Shown in pieces: positions 37,516-48,345 of a stretch of 64,000 bases of DNA. A model generated the notes under the pieces. That model did not search any database and was not told the origin of the DNA. It worked only from the letters and a program-made list of their open reading frames with translations. A program made the translations under genes and the position numbers. How positions within the stretch are numbered: position 1 is the first letter of the stretch; each line of letters starts with the position of its first letter. Origin of the DNA: Squalus acanthias (taxonomy: Eukaryota); assembly GCA_030390025.1 (NCBI GenBank), contig CM059432.1, positions 128,962,001 to 129,026,000 on the forward strand, in the 5' to 3' direction.

Positions 37516-39090
37516 TCACGTCATGTATCGTGACATAAACCCAAGATCCCGGTTGAGACCATCTTCATGAGTGCGGAACTTGGCTATCAGTTTCTGCTCG
37601 ATGATTTTGCGTTGTCGTGTGTTCCTAAGGTCGCCTCGGAGAACGCTTACCCGCAGATCCGAGGCTGAATGTCCTTGACTGCTGAAGTGTTCCCCGACTG
37701 GGAGGTAACAATCCTGCCTGGCGATTGTTGCGCGGTGCTCGTTCATACGTTGTCTCAGTGTCTGCATGGTCTCGCCAATGTACCATGCCGCGGTGCATTC
37801 TTTCCTGCAACGTATGAGGTAGACAACGTTGGCCGAGTCACATGAGTATGTACCATGTACCTGGTGGGTAGTGTCCTCACGTGTGATGGTGGTATCTGTG
37901 TTGATGATCTGGCATGTCTTGCAGAGTTTGCCGTGGCAGGGTTGTGTGGTGTCGTGGTCGCTGTTATCCTGAAAGCTGGGTAATTTGCTGCGGTTAGGCG
38001 GCTGTTTGAAGGCAAGTAGTGGAGGCGTGGGGATGGCCTTAGCGAGGTGTTTGTCGTCATCGATGACATGTTGAAGGCTGCGAAGAACATGGCGTAGTTT
38101 CTCCGCTCCGGGGAAGTACTGGACGACGTAGGGTACCCTGTTGGTTGTGTCCCGTGTTTGCCTTCTGAGGAGGTCTATGCGATTTTTCGCTGTGGCCCGT
38201 CGGAACTGTTGATCGATGAGTCGAGCGTCATATCCCGTTCTTACGAGGGCGTTTTTCAGCGTCCGTAGGTGACCATCGCGTTCCTCCTCGTCTGAGCAGA
38301 TCCTGTGTATTCGCAGGGCTTGTCCATAGGGGATGGCTTCTTTAACGTGGTTAGGGTGGAAGCTGGAGAAGTGGAGCATCGTGAGGTTGTCCGTGGGCTT
38401 GCGGTAGAGTGAAGTGCTGAGGTGTCCGTCTTTGATGGAGATTCGTGTGTCCAGGAATGAAACCGATTCTGAGGAGTAGTCCATGGTGAGTTTGATGGTG
38501 GGATGGAACTTGTTTATGTTATCGTGTAGTCTTTTCAGTGATCCTTCGCCATGGGTCCAAAGGAAGAAAATGTCGTCGATGTATCTGGTGTACAGCGTTG
38601 GCTGGAGGTCCTGTGCAGCGAAGAAGTCTTGCTCGAACTTGTGCATGAAGATGTTGGCGTATTGGGGTGCAAATTTGGTCCCCATGGCTGTTCCGTGTGT
38701 TTGGGTAAAAAAATGGTTGTCGAAGGTGAAGACATTGTGGTCAAGGATGAAGCGGATGAGTTGTAGGATGGCGTCTGGAGATTGGCTGTTGTTGGTGTTG
38801 AGTACTGAGGCTGTCGCAGCGATGCCGTCATTGTGGGGGATACTGGTGTAGAGTGCCGATACGTCCATCGTGGCGAGGAGTGTTCCTGGTTCAACTGGTC
38901 CGTGGGTGCTGAGTTTCTGTAAAAAGTCTGTAGTGTCGCGACAGAAGCTGGGGGTTCCCTGTACGATGGGTTTCAGAATGCCCTCGACGTATCCAGAGAG
39001 GTTCTCACACAGGGTTCCATTGCCTGATACGATAGGACGTCCGGGTGTGTTGGCTTTGTATATCTTTGGGAGGCAGTAGAAGTCTCCCAC
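37516..39090 (-). CDS. PLE reverse transcriptase / GIY-YIG endonuclease (partial; frame open up to the truncation point)
   Basis: LPKIYK..GRPIVS, DVSALYTSIP, GTAMG, RYIDD, VVYLIRC...WYIGET. Confidence 0.9.
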   Translation of the reverse strand: MGDFYCLPKIYKANTPGRPIVSGNGTLCENLSGYVEGILKPIVQGTPSFCRDTTDFLQKLSTHGPVEPGTLLATMDVSALYTSIPHNDGIAATASVLNTNNSQSPDAILQLIRFILDHNVFTFDNHFFTQTHGTAMGTKFAPQYANIFMHKFEQDFFAAQDLQPTLYTRYIDDIFFLWTHGEGSLKRLHDNINKFHPTIKLTMDYSSESVSFLDTRISIKDGHLSTSLYRKPTDNLTMLHFSSFHPNHVKEAIPYGQALRIHRICSDEEERDGHLRTLKNALVRTGYDARLIDQQFRRATAKNRIDLLRRQTRDTTNRVPYVVQYFPGAEKLRHVLRSLQHVIDDDKHLAKAIPTPPLLAFKQPPNRSKLPSFQDNSDHDTTQPCHGKLCKTCQIINTDTTITREDTTHQVHGTYSCDSANVVYLIRCRKECTAAWYIGETMQTLRQRMNEHRATIARQDCYLPVGEHFSSQGHSASDLRVSVLRGDLRNTRQRKIIEQKLIAKFRTHEDGLNRDLGFMSRYMT

Positions 39091-40824
39091 GCGGGGAGTA
39101 CGTGGGATGAGAGCGCGTAGGATGTTTTGAAGGTCTGGATCGAAGGTCTTGATCAGTCTATTGAGTTGGCGGGTGTGTTCTTTGGTCGGATCTGCGGGTA
39201 GCTGTCTGTAGTGTTCCTGGTATGGTGCCAGAGGACTGGAGGACTGCTAACATTGTACCTACCTGGGGTTGTGGCCTCCTGTCCAACATTTCCCGCCCTA
39301 CTGGAAGCCAGCCTGTCAATCAGGCTGACTTGTGGGAGGGGAACCTGCCAGTGAGGTCACACGCACGCTCGGGGAAATCCGGAATTCTGGGTTTTCCACG
39401 CTCTACCGGGCCCCTCGGCTCCGGGCGGGACCAAAGCTTCAAATTCTGGCCTCTGTTTTTGCTTCATCTGGTTGGTTTTTTTAATACTCTCTGCAGATTA
39501 CTACGAGTGGAGTTTAAAAGTGCCCTGATAATTTGTTTCCCGCCCTATGCCTAATACTTATAACATGCAGAAGTAGACAGATGTGTGTTTTTATTATACC
39601 TCAGTTGCACAACTTCCTTCAATACCGAGTATTCCTAAATGTACCGCTAGTGACAGTGTGCACAAACAAGGATTTCTAAGAAAAGGAAATTCAGGTGAAA
39701 TCCAAGTTATAAGAGTTATGAAAACTATTTGCAAATTATCTTTAAGTGGATAAGGAGAAATGACAGTGCAATGAAAACTTATTCAGATCACACAAAACAT
39801 GTACCAGCACTTACCTAAATCCATTCAGTTTGAGCTGGATTGTATAGAGGGTCTCTGTCTGCCTCGGGAAGTGGTGTGTAATAAACAATAAAGTGAAACA
39901 TTATACAAGATATTCCTTTTAAGCAGAACATTCTGAGGTTTAAGCTTCCTCAGTGTAGTCAATGGTTCTGTCCATAGCTGACACCTCATAATGCCAAATA
40001 TGGCCTGGTGAGTCTCCAGCAATCCAATCCAATGCAGCCTATGTGAATCATAGCTGGCAACAAGTGACAATCTCCCACTTGCAGTCCCATACAGGCTGTT
40101 AAATAACTGGAGAACGTACTTCTAATCTTTTCCAAAAGCAGAGTAAGTTGTTGAAAGTATTATTTCCATGTGCAGTGTACCACACACACACAGGGGTTGA
40201 TTGTAGCCACGGGAGGACTGGGGGGCGGGAGTAGCGAGTCTGAGATGTGCTTGCTGCAGTAAGTTCCAAGCCCAGGCCTCATTTAAATCTGACAGGCGGG
40301 TTTCCCACTCGATGGTTGTTAGTGCAATTTCCACCGGCCCTCCAGAAGCCTATTTAAAGCAGGAATGCACCTCTTAAAGCGAGGCTCCATTCCCTCCTGC
40401 TTGGTTCTGTCTGGAAGGAGCAATGCGAAGAAGGAGTCGCAGGCAAGCCCCCAGATTCACAGAAGACTTCTGGAGGTGCGAGCGAGGAGGAAAATCCTCT
40501 GTTCCAGCAGTGGAAGGAGGGTTCCCTAACGTAATGCGCACCAAGCATGGCGAGAGGTGGCAGAGGTTGTAAGCTCCAGGATTGTAACCCCACCACTGCC
40601 CTCCCCACCCCCCCCATAACTGAATCCAGTGGAGGAAGCGCTTCAATGACCTCACAAGAATAGCAAGGGCGAGTAAAGCTCTTAATTTCTCCATCTCTCT
40701 CAAGAACACCTGGCTGCAGTCCTTCACCCCCTCCTCTCCCAGCACTCTGATCTATTCCCTTCCCCCATCACTACCTTCACCGCCCATCACAAGGCCACAC
40801 TACACCTCCTCTGATTCTCTCTGT

Positions 40825-41435
40825 TTGTAGTGCAGTCACTGTTGTAATCACAGAATCACAGAATCCACACAGTGCAGATAGAGGCCATTTCGGCCCATCG
40901 AGCCTGCACCGACACATATCCCACCCTATCCCCGTAACCCCACGTATTTAATCCCCCTAACACTAAGGGTCAATTTATCATAGCCAAATCAACCTAACCC
41001 GCACATCTTTGGACTGTGGGAGGAAACCGGAGCAAACCCACGCAGACACGGGGAGAATGTGCAAACTCCACACAGACAGTCACCCAAGGCCGGATTCGAA
41101 CCCGGGTCCCTGGCGCTGTGAGGCAACAGTGCTAACCACTATGCCACCGTGTTGCCCTAATGTAGGAAATGCAGGAGCCAATTTGCACACAGCAAGCTCC
41201 CACAAACAGCAATGAGGTAAATTACCAGATAATCTGTTTTAGTGATGTTGGTTGGGGGATAAATGTTGGCCAGGACACTGGGGATAACTCCCCTCCTCTT
41301 CTTCAAAATAGTGTCATGGGATCTTTTACGTCCACCTGAGAGAGCACACGGGGCCTCGGTTTAACGTCTCATCTGAAAGACGGCATCTCCGACAGTGCAG
41401 CACTCCCTCAGCACTGCACTGTCAGCTTTGATTAT
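40825..41435 (-). mobile_element. Deu-domain SINE (SacSINE1-like) hosting a V-SINE
   Basis: GGATCTTTTACGTCCACCTGAG...GGGGCCTCGGTTTAACGTCTCATC core; homologous to 42715-43935. Confidence 0.7.
40849..41157 (-). mobile_element. HE1-like V-SINE (tRNA head, V domain, CR1-derived tail)
   Basis: A box TGGCATAGTGG, B box GGTTCGAATCC, V domain GTCTGTGTGGAGTTTGCACATTCTCCCCGTGTCTGCGTGGGTTT, (GATTCTGT)n tail; TSD TAAT. Confidence 0.88.
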
Positions 41436-41973
41436 GTGCTCATACACACACTCACCTCTTCCTTTCTCCCTTCACAGCAGCCACCAACGACATTCTAATC
41501 TCGCATCACAGAATCAGTGGCTTCTCTCATTACTCCTTCTTCACTTCACACTACAGCTGCTCACTTTCCATTCAACACCTCCCCAGCCGACTTGCATCTT
41601 GCTTCTTCTTCCTCTCAGCATGTGCAATGCATGCAGAAGCCCCACTCTTCTTTTTAGGAGACACTCACTAACTCTGGCCCTCTCGCTCTGCAGGAGAAAA
41701 TAGTGAACCTTACCAATAAGAGCAATAGGACCAGGGGAGGACCAGCCAACCTCTTGGTCAAATCAGAGCTGGAGTAGTAAGCTCTTCAAATAAGTGGCCC
41801 TGTAAGAGCTGTGCACATTGGGCATTTTGAGGCTGGGGGCTTCTCTGAACAGTGTCTCTGACTATTACTTGTACCCCTTCATGAAGCACGTAGTGCCAGC
41901 TTGACTACATCAACCTGCATTAAGATGCATGTCATCTGCAACTGTCCGGCCTCTTGGAGCTATCATAACTTTT

Positions 41974-42365
41974 AGGGCAGAAAGTGCGGTCTCCGTGACG
42001 GTGTACGCTCAACGTACGCTGTCGTAATCCATCTGAAAGGCCCCGCAACTTCCGAGCTTCCGCATGCCCTTGCGCATGCGCGAAACCCAGAACTTGCGAT
42101 CTGTCAAGGTACACCTTGACAGATCATCCGAACCCACTGTGAAATCAGTATTGCTGGTGCAGAGTTGGGCTATTTACCCATGTGATCCCAGGGAGACTTC
42201 CGAACCGCCTGCGTCGCTGGGATCCGTGGGCATTTCCACTGCCCTACACTTGGAGACCTGAGACTGGTACTCTCCAGAGCCTGGATGCATGGAGGTAGGT
42301 GCGGAACTGTTTCACGGGTCAGAGGTGTACTCCGGAGGTACGCCTCCAACCGCAATTTCTAGCTC
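41974..42365. mobile_element. Harbinger-type MITE (family B-related)
   Basis: AGGGCAGAAAGTGCGG / CCGCAATTTCTAGCTC; arm homologous to 14049-14230. Confidence 0.7.
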
Positions 42366-42714
42366 AATATTATCTCTTTTCTCTAGGTCCTTCTGAATAG
42401 CCACAGCCCCCTGAAGAAGAAACCTTGGTGGAGAGTCCTTCAGAGGAGACACCATCACTCCCAAGCACCAGCCACAGAGATTGACACCACGGCTGGGTTA
42501 TAGAGTGAGTTAGAGAAGTCTGCATGTGATGATGCGCCAAGCACGCGTGAGCAGAAACAGGGAGTGGTGACATGGACAGCCCAGGAGACAGCTCGCTGGA
42601 GGAGGAGATCCTCTCCGAGCTCTGCTGAGGAGGACGGAGATGAGGATTTCGGGGTTCAGCTATTGAAAGGATATTGATAGTCTCACACAAGCAGTTATAG
42701 CAGGTATTGAGCAC

Positions 42715-43935
42715 ATGATCAAGGCTGACACACCAGTGCATTTCTGAGGGAATGCTGCACTGTCGGATGCGACGTTAAACAGAGGCCCCGCCTGCCTTCT
42801 CATGTGGACGTAAAAGATTCCGGGGGAGAAATTCGGTATCGCCCCGTTTGGGGCGCAATTGTCAGCCGAGCGCAAAGTTTAGCGCCTGGCGCTAATTATC
42901 GCCTCCGACTGCAAACTTGGCTTCTATTGCCCCTGGAGGTGATTGGAGCGCTAAATCAGGCGCTACACACCTCTCTTAAGGCGCTAACGCCGAGGTGTGA
43001 GGCACTACCTCAGAGCGCTGGCGAAGCTCATGTGATGTCAGTCAGCAATGGAACACAGACACACTGGCGCCAGCCAGTTCTTAAAGGGGAGGATTGATCT
43101 TGCTCTCCATCCACACCCTGCTCATTGCAGCCTTGAATCTCGGCCTGGAGAGACCTGTACATCAATTCTGCTGGAAAGAACAATGGAGAGGCCCAGAGTG
43201 CAGCCCCCACAGTCTCTTCTAAATCGATGCAAGGAAGGTCAAATCAAAATGAACCTGCAAAGTGCTGCTCAGTACCAAAACTCCTTCACACAGCGTTGAA
43301 TCTCTCCAGAAGTCTGTCTCTCTCTCAGAATGCGTGGTGCAAAAATGTTGGCGACAAAAAAGGCAGGAAGCAGTCGCCTTTAAATAGCGCTCCCCCAGTC
43401 CCTTCCCGACTGCAAAACGTTCCCCTCAACCTGTCGTTGCTAGCGGCAGGTGGAAAGGCAGGGGGCGCCACTCAATATCTGGTCTGGGCGCTACCGGGGC
43501 GTTGCACGCTCGACTGACGTCACGATCTGCGGGCGCAGGAGATCGTGGTGGTAGTGTTTAGCGCCGCCGGAAAATGTCTGGTCAATTTCGCGAGCGGCGC
43601 AAACATCGCCACGCCCGGGCGCTAGTTGCTTTGTGCTTCCCATTAGCGCCCTATTAGGGCGCTAATGGGAGGCGCAAAGCAGCCGAATTTTTCCCCCTCA
43701 ATATTTAGAACAAGAGCCTGGCCAATATTTATCCCCCAACCAACATCACTAAAAGATTATCTGGCTATTTATCTGATTGCTGTTTGTGGAACCTTGCTGT
43801 GCGCAAATTGGCTGGTGGAGCTATCTAAATAACTGCGGTTACTACATTTGAAATGTATTTCATTGGCTGTAAAGCATTTTGAGATGTCCTGAGGATGTGA
43901 AATCCATTACATAAATGCAAGCTCTTTCTTTCTTT
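42715..43935 (+). mobile_element. Deu-domain SINE with L2-type tail, split by MITE A copy 5
   Basis: ACGTTAAACAGAGGCCCCG...GTGGACGTAAAAGAT; tail ATAAATGCAAG(TCTT)n. Confidence 0.7.
42822..43697 (+). mobile_element. MITE family A, copy 5
   Basis: Same TIRs; flanks TCC/TCA. Confidence 0.92.
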
Positions 43936-45444
43936 CTATTTCTTGACCAACTGTCTCTGTGGCAGAACTTTTCCAAGATCCCAATAATTCGTCAAGCGCC
44001 TTTGGAATGGTTGTAAAGGCCACCTCATAGACAGTGAATATGTACTAATGATCATTGAATCTTTGCCAGCAAAGCCACAAGGAATCTCAGCAATGTGCTA
44101 TAGCAACGGTATCAGTTTATATAGAACATCCATGTAAAATTAATATTTAAAGAAAGATTTAGGGAATCCGTTTTGATAGGAATAGGAGTTGGCCAGTCAG
44201 CCCCTCGAGCCTGCAAGCAGATTATGGCTGATCTGTACCTCAACTCCATTTACTTGCCTTAGCTCCATATCTCTTGATATCCTTACCTAACAAAAAATCT
44301 ATCGCTCTCAGTCTTGAAATTGTCCCAGCATCCACAGCCTTTTGGGGGAGAGAATTCCAGATTTCTTTATAAACTGAAGTGGTGAAAAATGTGGGTACAG
44401 ATACTGAGGAGTTTTCAAGCTTGTAATAAATTTGAAGGCAAGGAATAAAGCGACGTAAAATTTTGAACTTGTTAACAGTACACAGCTATAATAAAATAAG
44501 GAGCCGCTCTTAAGTCTGTCATAATAAGTGAGGCAAAGGAAATCCATAACACAAGAAAACAGTTTATAACAGCTGACTAAAACAATGTAAGAGATCTCTT
44601 TGAAATCCATTATTTCATCAAGCAATTGAGTGAGGTTTCCAGACAGCTGCAAAGTGTGGCTTTCTTTCTATGGGCTTGTCAGATGTATTTGAATCCAACT
44701 TTTTCACAATCCACTATTGCTGCCTTCATGTCAGTTGTAGCTGTGAAAAATCCCAGGCGGCAGTGGGATAACTCGGGATTCCCAGAGGAACGCGCATGTG
44801 CTTTTCTCAAAGTCTGGTGAATGAGAGAATTGTGACAGTTTGGATTCATGCCGCTTAACGAAAAGCGACAACTGCATCCTAGGAAAACTGAGAGCTTTTT
44901 CAAGCCACTTGGTCTTTGTAACCCACCACAGAAGGTATTGTGCCAATCAGATAACGATTAATAGAGTGAGCATAGCAGGTGGAGCATAAGTCAGGAGCAG
45001 CGGAAATGGCACATATGGGAATTGTTTGTTGGAAATCTCAGCTACTGACAATAAAAAAAAATTGCAAATTAAACCTTGAAAAAGATCTAGTCTAAAAAAC
45101 AGCACACCATTTCCTATAGTTTAGTGTATTTTCCTTAGTGGTTTTTACTTATTACTATTTATTATTAGAAACAGTAAAATTGCTATCTGTAATTGAAGCT
45201 ACAAATGTACCCATTATTTGCCAAATTGAAAGCATTGACAATGGGTTTGCAAAATGTAAACTTTAAAATTACTATTGGAAAGATACCTTTTTAATAATTT
45301 CTATGAAGAATTTCTTGGAAAAAATGATGAATTAAATGTATTTCTAAATGAAGCAAATGTGTGCTATTGCACTGTAAATTGCTGCTGTCTGCTGTGATTT
45401 TAGCTCACTTGGTTAGAGTTTTTAAAATATATGTTTGAAAATTA

Positions 45445-45945
45445 CAACACTATAGGAAGGATGTGATTGCATTGGAGAGGGTGCAGAGGAGATTCACCAG
45501 GATGTTACCTGGGCTGGAGCATTTCAGCTATGAAGAGAGACTGAACAGGCTGGGGTTGTTTTCCTCAGAGCAGAGAAGGCTGATTGAGGTGCACAAAATT
45601 ATGAGGGGCATAGATAGGGTAGATAGAAAGGAACTTTTCCCCTTAGTAGAGGGGTCAATAACCAGGGGGCATAGTTTCAAGGTAAGGGGCAGGAGGTTTA
45701 GAGGGGATTTGAGGAAAAGTTCTTTCACCCAGAGGTTGGTTGGAATCTGGAACTCACTGCCTGAAAGGCTGGTAGAGGCAGGAACCCTCACAACATTCAA
45801 GAAGCATTTAGATGAGCACTTGAAACGCCATAGCATGCAAGGCTACGGACCAAGTGCTGGAAAATGGGATTAGAATAGACAGGGCTTGATGGTGGGTGCA
45901 GACACGATGGGCCGAAGGGCCTCTTTCTGGGCTGTATAACTCTAT
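45445..45945 (+). mobile_element. CR1 3' fragment whose (ACTCTATG)n tail hosts two MITEs
   Basis: ALERVQRRFTRMLPG...TRGHSFKV...WNSLPE; the tail continues at 46839-46849 and 47743-47756. Confidence 0.9.
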
Positions 45946-46838
45946 GGGGGAGAAATTCAGTATCGCCCCATTTGGGGCGCAATTATCGGCCGGGCGCAAA
46001 GATTAGCGCCTGGCGCTAATTATCGCCACCGACTGCAAACTTGACTTTTATCGCCCCTGGAGGTGATTGCAGCACTATATCAGGCGCTTCACACCTGTCT
46101 TAAGGCGCAAAGGCCGAGGAGCGAGGCGCTACCTCAGAGCGCTGGCGAAGCTCATGTAATGTCAGTCAGCAATGGAACACACACACAATGGCACGGGCCA
46201 GTTCTTAAAGGGGATGGTTAATCTTGCTTTCCATCCACATCCTGCTCATTGCAGCCTTGAATCTCGGCCTGGAGAGACCTGCACATCAAATCTGCTGGAA
46301 AGAACAATGGAGAGTACCAGGCAAAGAGCTCAGAGTGCAGCCCCCACAGTCTCTTCTAAATCGATACAAGGAATGGTAAATCAAAATGAACCTGCAAAGT
46401 GCTGCTCAGTACCCAAAACTCCTTCACACAACGTTGAATCTCTCCAGAAGTCTCTCCCTCTCTCTCTCAGAATGCGTAGTTCAAAAATGGCACCAACAAT
46501 AAAAGGCAGGAAGCGGTCACCTTTAAATAGCACTTCCCCTTTCCCTTCATGACTGCAGAACGCTCCCCTCAACCTGTCATTGCTAGCGTCAGGCGGTAAG
46601 GCAGGGGGCGCCACTCAATATCCGCTCCGGGGCGATACCGGGGCGTTGCGCACTCGAGTGACGTCACGATCTGCCGGCGCAGGAAATTGTGGCGGTAGTG
46701 TTTAGCGCCGCCGCAAAATGTCTAGTTAATTTCGCGAGCGGCGCAAACTTCGCCGCGCCTGGGCGCTGGAAGCTTTGTGCCCCATTAGCGCCCTCTTAAG
46801 GCGCTAACGGGAGGCGCAACCAACTGAATTTCCCCCCC
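45946..46838 (+). mobile_element. MITE family A, copy 6
   Basis: Same TIRs; TSD TAT. Confidence 0.93.
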
Positions 46839-46849
46839 TATGACTCTAT

Positions 46850-47742
46850 GGGGGAAAAATTCAGTCGCGCCCCATTTGGGGCGCAAATATCGGCCGGGCG
46901 CAAAGATTAGCGCCTGGCGCTAATTATCGCCACCGACCGCAAACTTCACTTTTATCGCCCCTGGAGGTGATTGCAGCGCTAAATCAGGCGCTTCACACCT
47001 GTCTTAAGGCGCAAAGGCCGAGGAGCGAGGCGCTACCTTAGAGCGCTGGCGAAGCTCATGTAATGTCAGTCAGCAATGGAACACACACACAATGGCACGG
47101 GCCAATTCTTAAAGGGGATGGTTAATCTTGCTTTCCATCCACATCCTGCTCACTGCAGCCTTGAATCTCGGCCTGGAGAGACCTGCACATCAAATGTGCT
47201 GGAAAGAACAATGGAGAGTACCAGGCCAAGAGCTCAGAGTGCAGCCCCCACAGTCTCTGCTAAATCGATACAAGGAATGGAAAATCAAAATGAACCTGCA
47301 AAGTGCTGCTCAGTACCCAAAACTCCTTCACACAACGTTGAATCTCTCCAGAAGTCTCTCCCTCTCTCTCTCAGAATGCGTAGTTCAAAAATGGCACCAA
47401 CAATAAAAGGCAGGAAGCGGTCACCTTTAAATAGCGCTCCCCCTTTCCCTTCATGACTGCAGAACGCTCCCCTCAACCTGTCGTTGCTAGCGTCAGGCGG
47501 TAAGGCAGGGGGCGCCACTCAATATCCGCTCCGGGGCGATACCGGGGCGTTGCGCACTCGAGTGACGTCATGATCTGCCGGCGCAGGAGATCGTGGCGGT
47601 AGTGTTTAGCGCCGCCGCAAAATGTCTAGTTAATTTCGCGAGCGGCGCAAACTTCGCCGCGCCCGGTCGCTAGCTGCTTTGCGCCCCATTAGCGCCCTCT
47701 TAAGGCGCTAACGGGAGGCGCAACCAACTGAATTTTTCCCCC
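46850..47742 (+). mobile_element. MITE family A, copy 7
   Basis: Same TIRs; TSD TAT; 11 bp from copy 6. Confidence 0.93.
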
Positions 47743-47829
47743 TATGACTCTATGACCACAGCATTTTTTGATAGCTGCTTAAAGATTTTTCAAAATCATA
47801 GCTTGTCAGGTAGTCCAAATTTTTAAGTA

Positions 47830-48345
47830 TTAATTCTTGGGATGTGTGCATCACTGGCAAAGTGGGCTTTATTGTCCATTCCTAGTTACTATTCAGAAGG
47901 TGGTGGTGAGCCGCCTTGAACCGCTGCAGTCCGTGTGGTGAAGGAACTCCCACAATGTTAGGTAGGGAGTTCCAGGATTGTCACCCAGCGACGATGAAGG
48001 AACGGCGATATATTTCCAAGTCAGGATGGTGTGTAACTTGCAGGTGATGGTGTTCCCGTGCTCTTGCTGCCCTTGTCCTTCTAGGTGGTAGAGGTCGCGG
48101 GCTTGGGAGGTGCAGCCGAAGAAGCCTTGGCGAGTTGCTGCAGTGCATCTTGTAGATAGTAAACGTTGATCGATGGGGTGCCAATCAAACTGACTGCTTT
48201 GTCCTGGATGGTGTCGAGCTTCTTGAGCGTTGTTGCAGCTGCACTCATCCAGGTGAGTGGAGAGTATTCCATCACACTCCTGACTTGTGCCTTGTAGGTG
48301 ATGGAGAGGCTCTGGGGAGTCAGAAGGTGAGACACTCGCTGCAGA
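47830..48345 (-). mobile_element. CR1/L2-group LINE 3' fragment (second family)
   Basis: HLLTPQSLSITYKAQVRSVMEYSPL. Confidence 0.85.

Larger units (their letters stand above)
37078..39218 (-). mobile_element. Penelope-like element, 5'-truncated
   Basis: TSD GGTATGGT (37070-37077 and 39219-39226); RT + GIY-YIG ORF; 3' end with a hammerhead motif. Confidence 0.93.
36337..39260 (+). mobile_element. CR1 ORF2 internal fragment split by a Penelope element
   Basis: VDWKQLLEG...APWMS...LNEYFVSVFT, KSPGPD; GMVPEDWRTANIVP resumes after the PLE. Confidence 0.85.
40193..42715 (+). mobile_element. Harbinger fossil with a spliced Myb/SANT-like gene remnant, heavily nested
   Basis: RRQAPRFT, AWREVAEVVSSR and IQWRKRFNDLTR at 40430-40670; second exon-like EK...RTRGGPANL at about 41693-41800. 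Boundaries approximate. Confidence 0.7.

Noticed and set aside
38483..39079. Plus-strand ORFs overlapping the PLE
   Set aside because: Antisense shadows of the RT ORF.
41085..41157. tRNA gene
   Set aside because: It is the tRNA-derived head of a V-SINE, followed by the V domain and a CR1 tail.
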